DNA of 24,957 nucleotides, taken from contig CAAGHT010000086.1 in assembly GCA_900769775.1 (NCBI GenBank), positions 1-24,957 on the forward strand. The letters are read 5' to 3'. Position numbers and translations under genes: made by a program. The stretch comes from Clostridia bacterium. Lineage in GTDB: Bacteria > Bacillota > Clostridia > Oscillospirales > Acutalibacteraceae. Shown here in pieces: positions 24,575-24,957 of this stretch (the stretch's first letter is position 1; every line of letters starts with the position of its first letter). Below the pieces are notes generated by a model. The model was not told the origin of the DNA and ran no database searches. It was given only the letters and a program-made list of their open reading frames with translations.

Positions 24575-24957
24575 ATGAATATTGCACTTATTGCACACGA
24601 TGCAAAAAAGGAGCTTATGGCGCAGTTCTGCATTGCTTATTGCGGAATACTCAGCCGACACACACTACTTGCCACCGGCTCTACCGGCAAGATTGTTTCC
24701 GAGGCAACCGGACTTGATATTATTAAGTTTATGAGCGGAAGTCACGGTGGTGAACAGCAGATTGCCGCGCGTATCGGCTGTGATGAGATTGATATGCTTC
24801 TTCTCTTCCGCGACCCAATGGGCTCAAGACCCGACGAGCCTGATGAAAATGCACTGCTTCGCCTTTGCGACATTCATCAGATTCCCGTTGCTACAAATAT
24901 CGCTACCGCTGAGGTGCTTATCCACGGACTTGACCGCGGTGACCTTGACTGGCGCGA
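24575..24957 (+). CDS. mgsA: Methylglyoxal synthase (-like), 3' end truncated by window
   Basis: Not in the ORF track; manual translation MNIALIAHDAKKELM...ATGSTG...SGSHGGEQQIA...FRDP...LLRLCDIHQIPVATNIATAE...GDLDWR; AGGAG SD. Confidence 0.92.
   Translation, partial: MNIALIAHDAKKELMAQFCIAYCGILSRHTLLATGSTGKIVSEATGLDIIKFMSGSHGGEQQIAARIGCDEIDMLLLFRDPMGSRPDEPDENALLRLCDIHQIPVATNIATAEVLIHGLDRGDLDWR

Overview
A mostly housekeeping window from a Clostridia-like Firmicute, probably Oscillospirales/Ruminococcaceae-like and probably from a metagenome assembly; bases 1-13 are Illumina adapter. Left to right it holds: (1) a minus-strand miaB-ylbF/ymcA-mutS-mutL-miaA operon; (2) a divergent three-gene cell-surface locus encoding a small secreted protein with a non-canonical VKVTG sorting signal, a class D-type sortase with an intrinsic terminator hidden in its first codons, and a 4-TM membrane protein; (3) a ~180-nt multi-stem intergenic structured RNA candidate; (4) a Pro/Glu/Thr-repeat transglutaminase-like lipoprotein; (5) a Gfo/Idh/MocA oxidoreductase; (6) a decaying IS200-type (tnpA-only) element; (7) yebC and dusB; (8) a long plus-strand run polA-LMW phosphatase-rimI-tsaD-mreBCD-pbp2-minD-mgsA. 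The most interesting items are the sortase locus, the structured RNA, an orphan MinD lacking its partners and membrane helix, and an MgsA with substituted catalytic residues.
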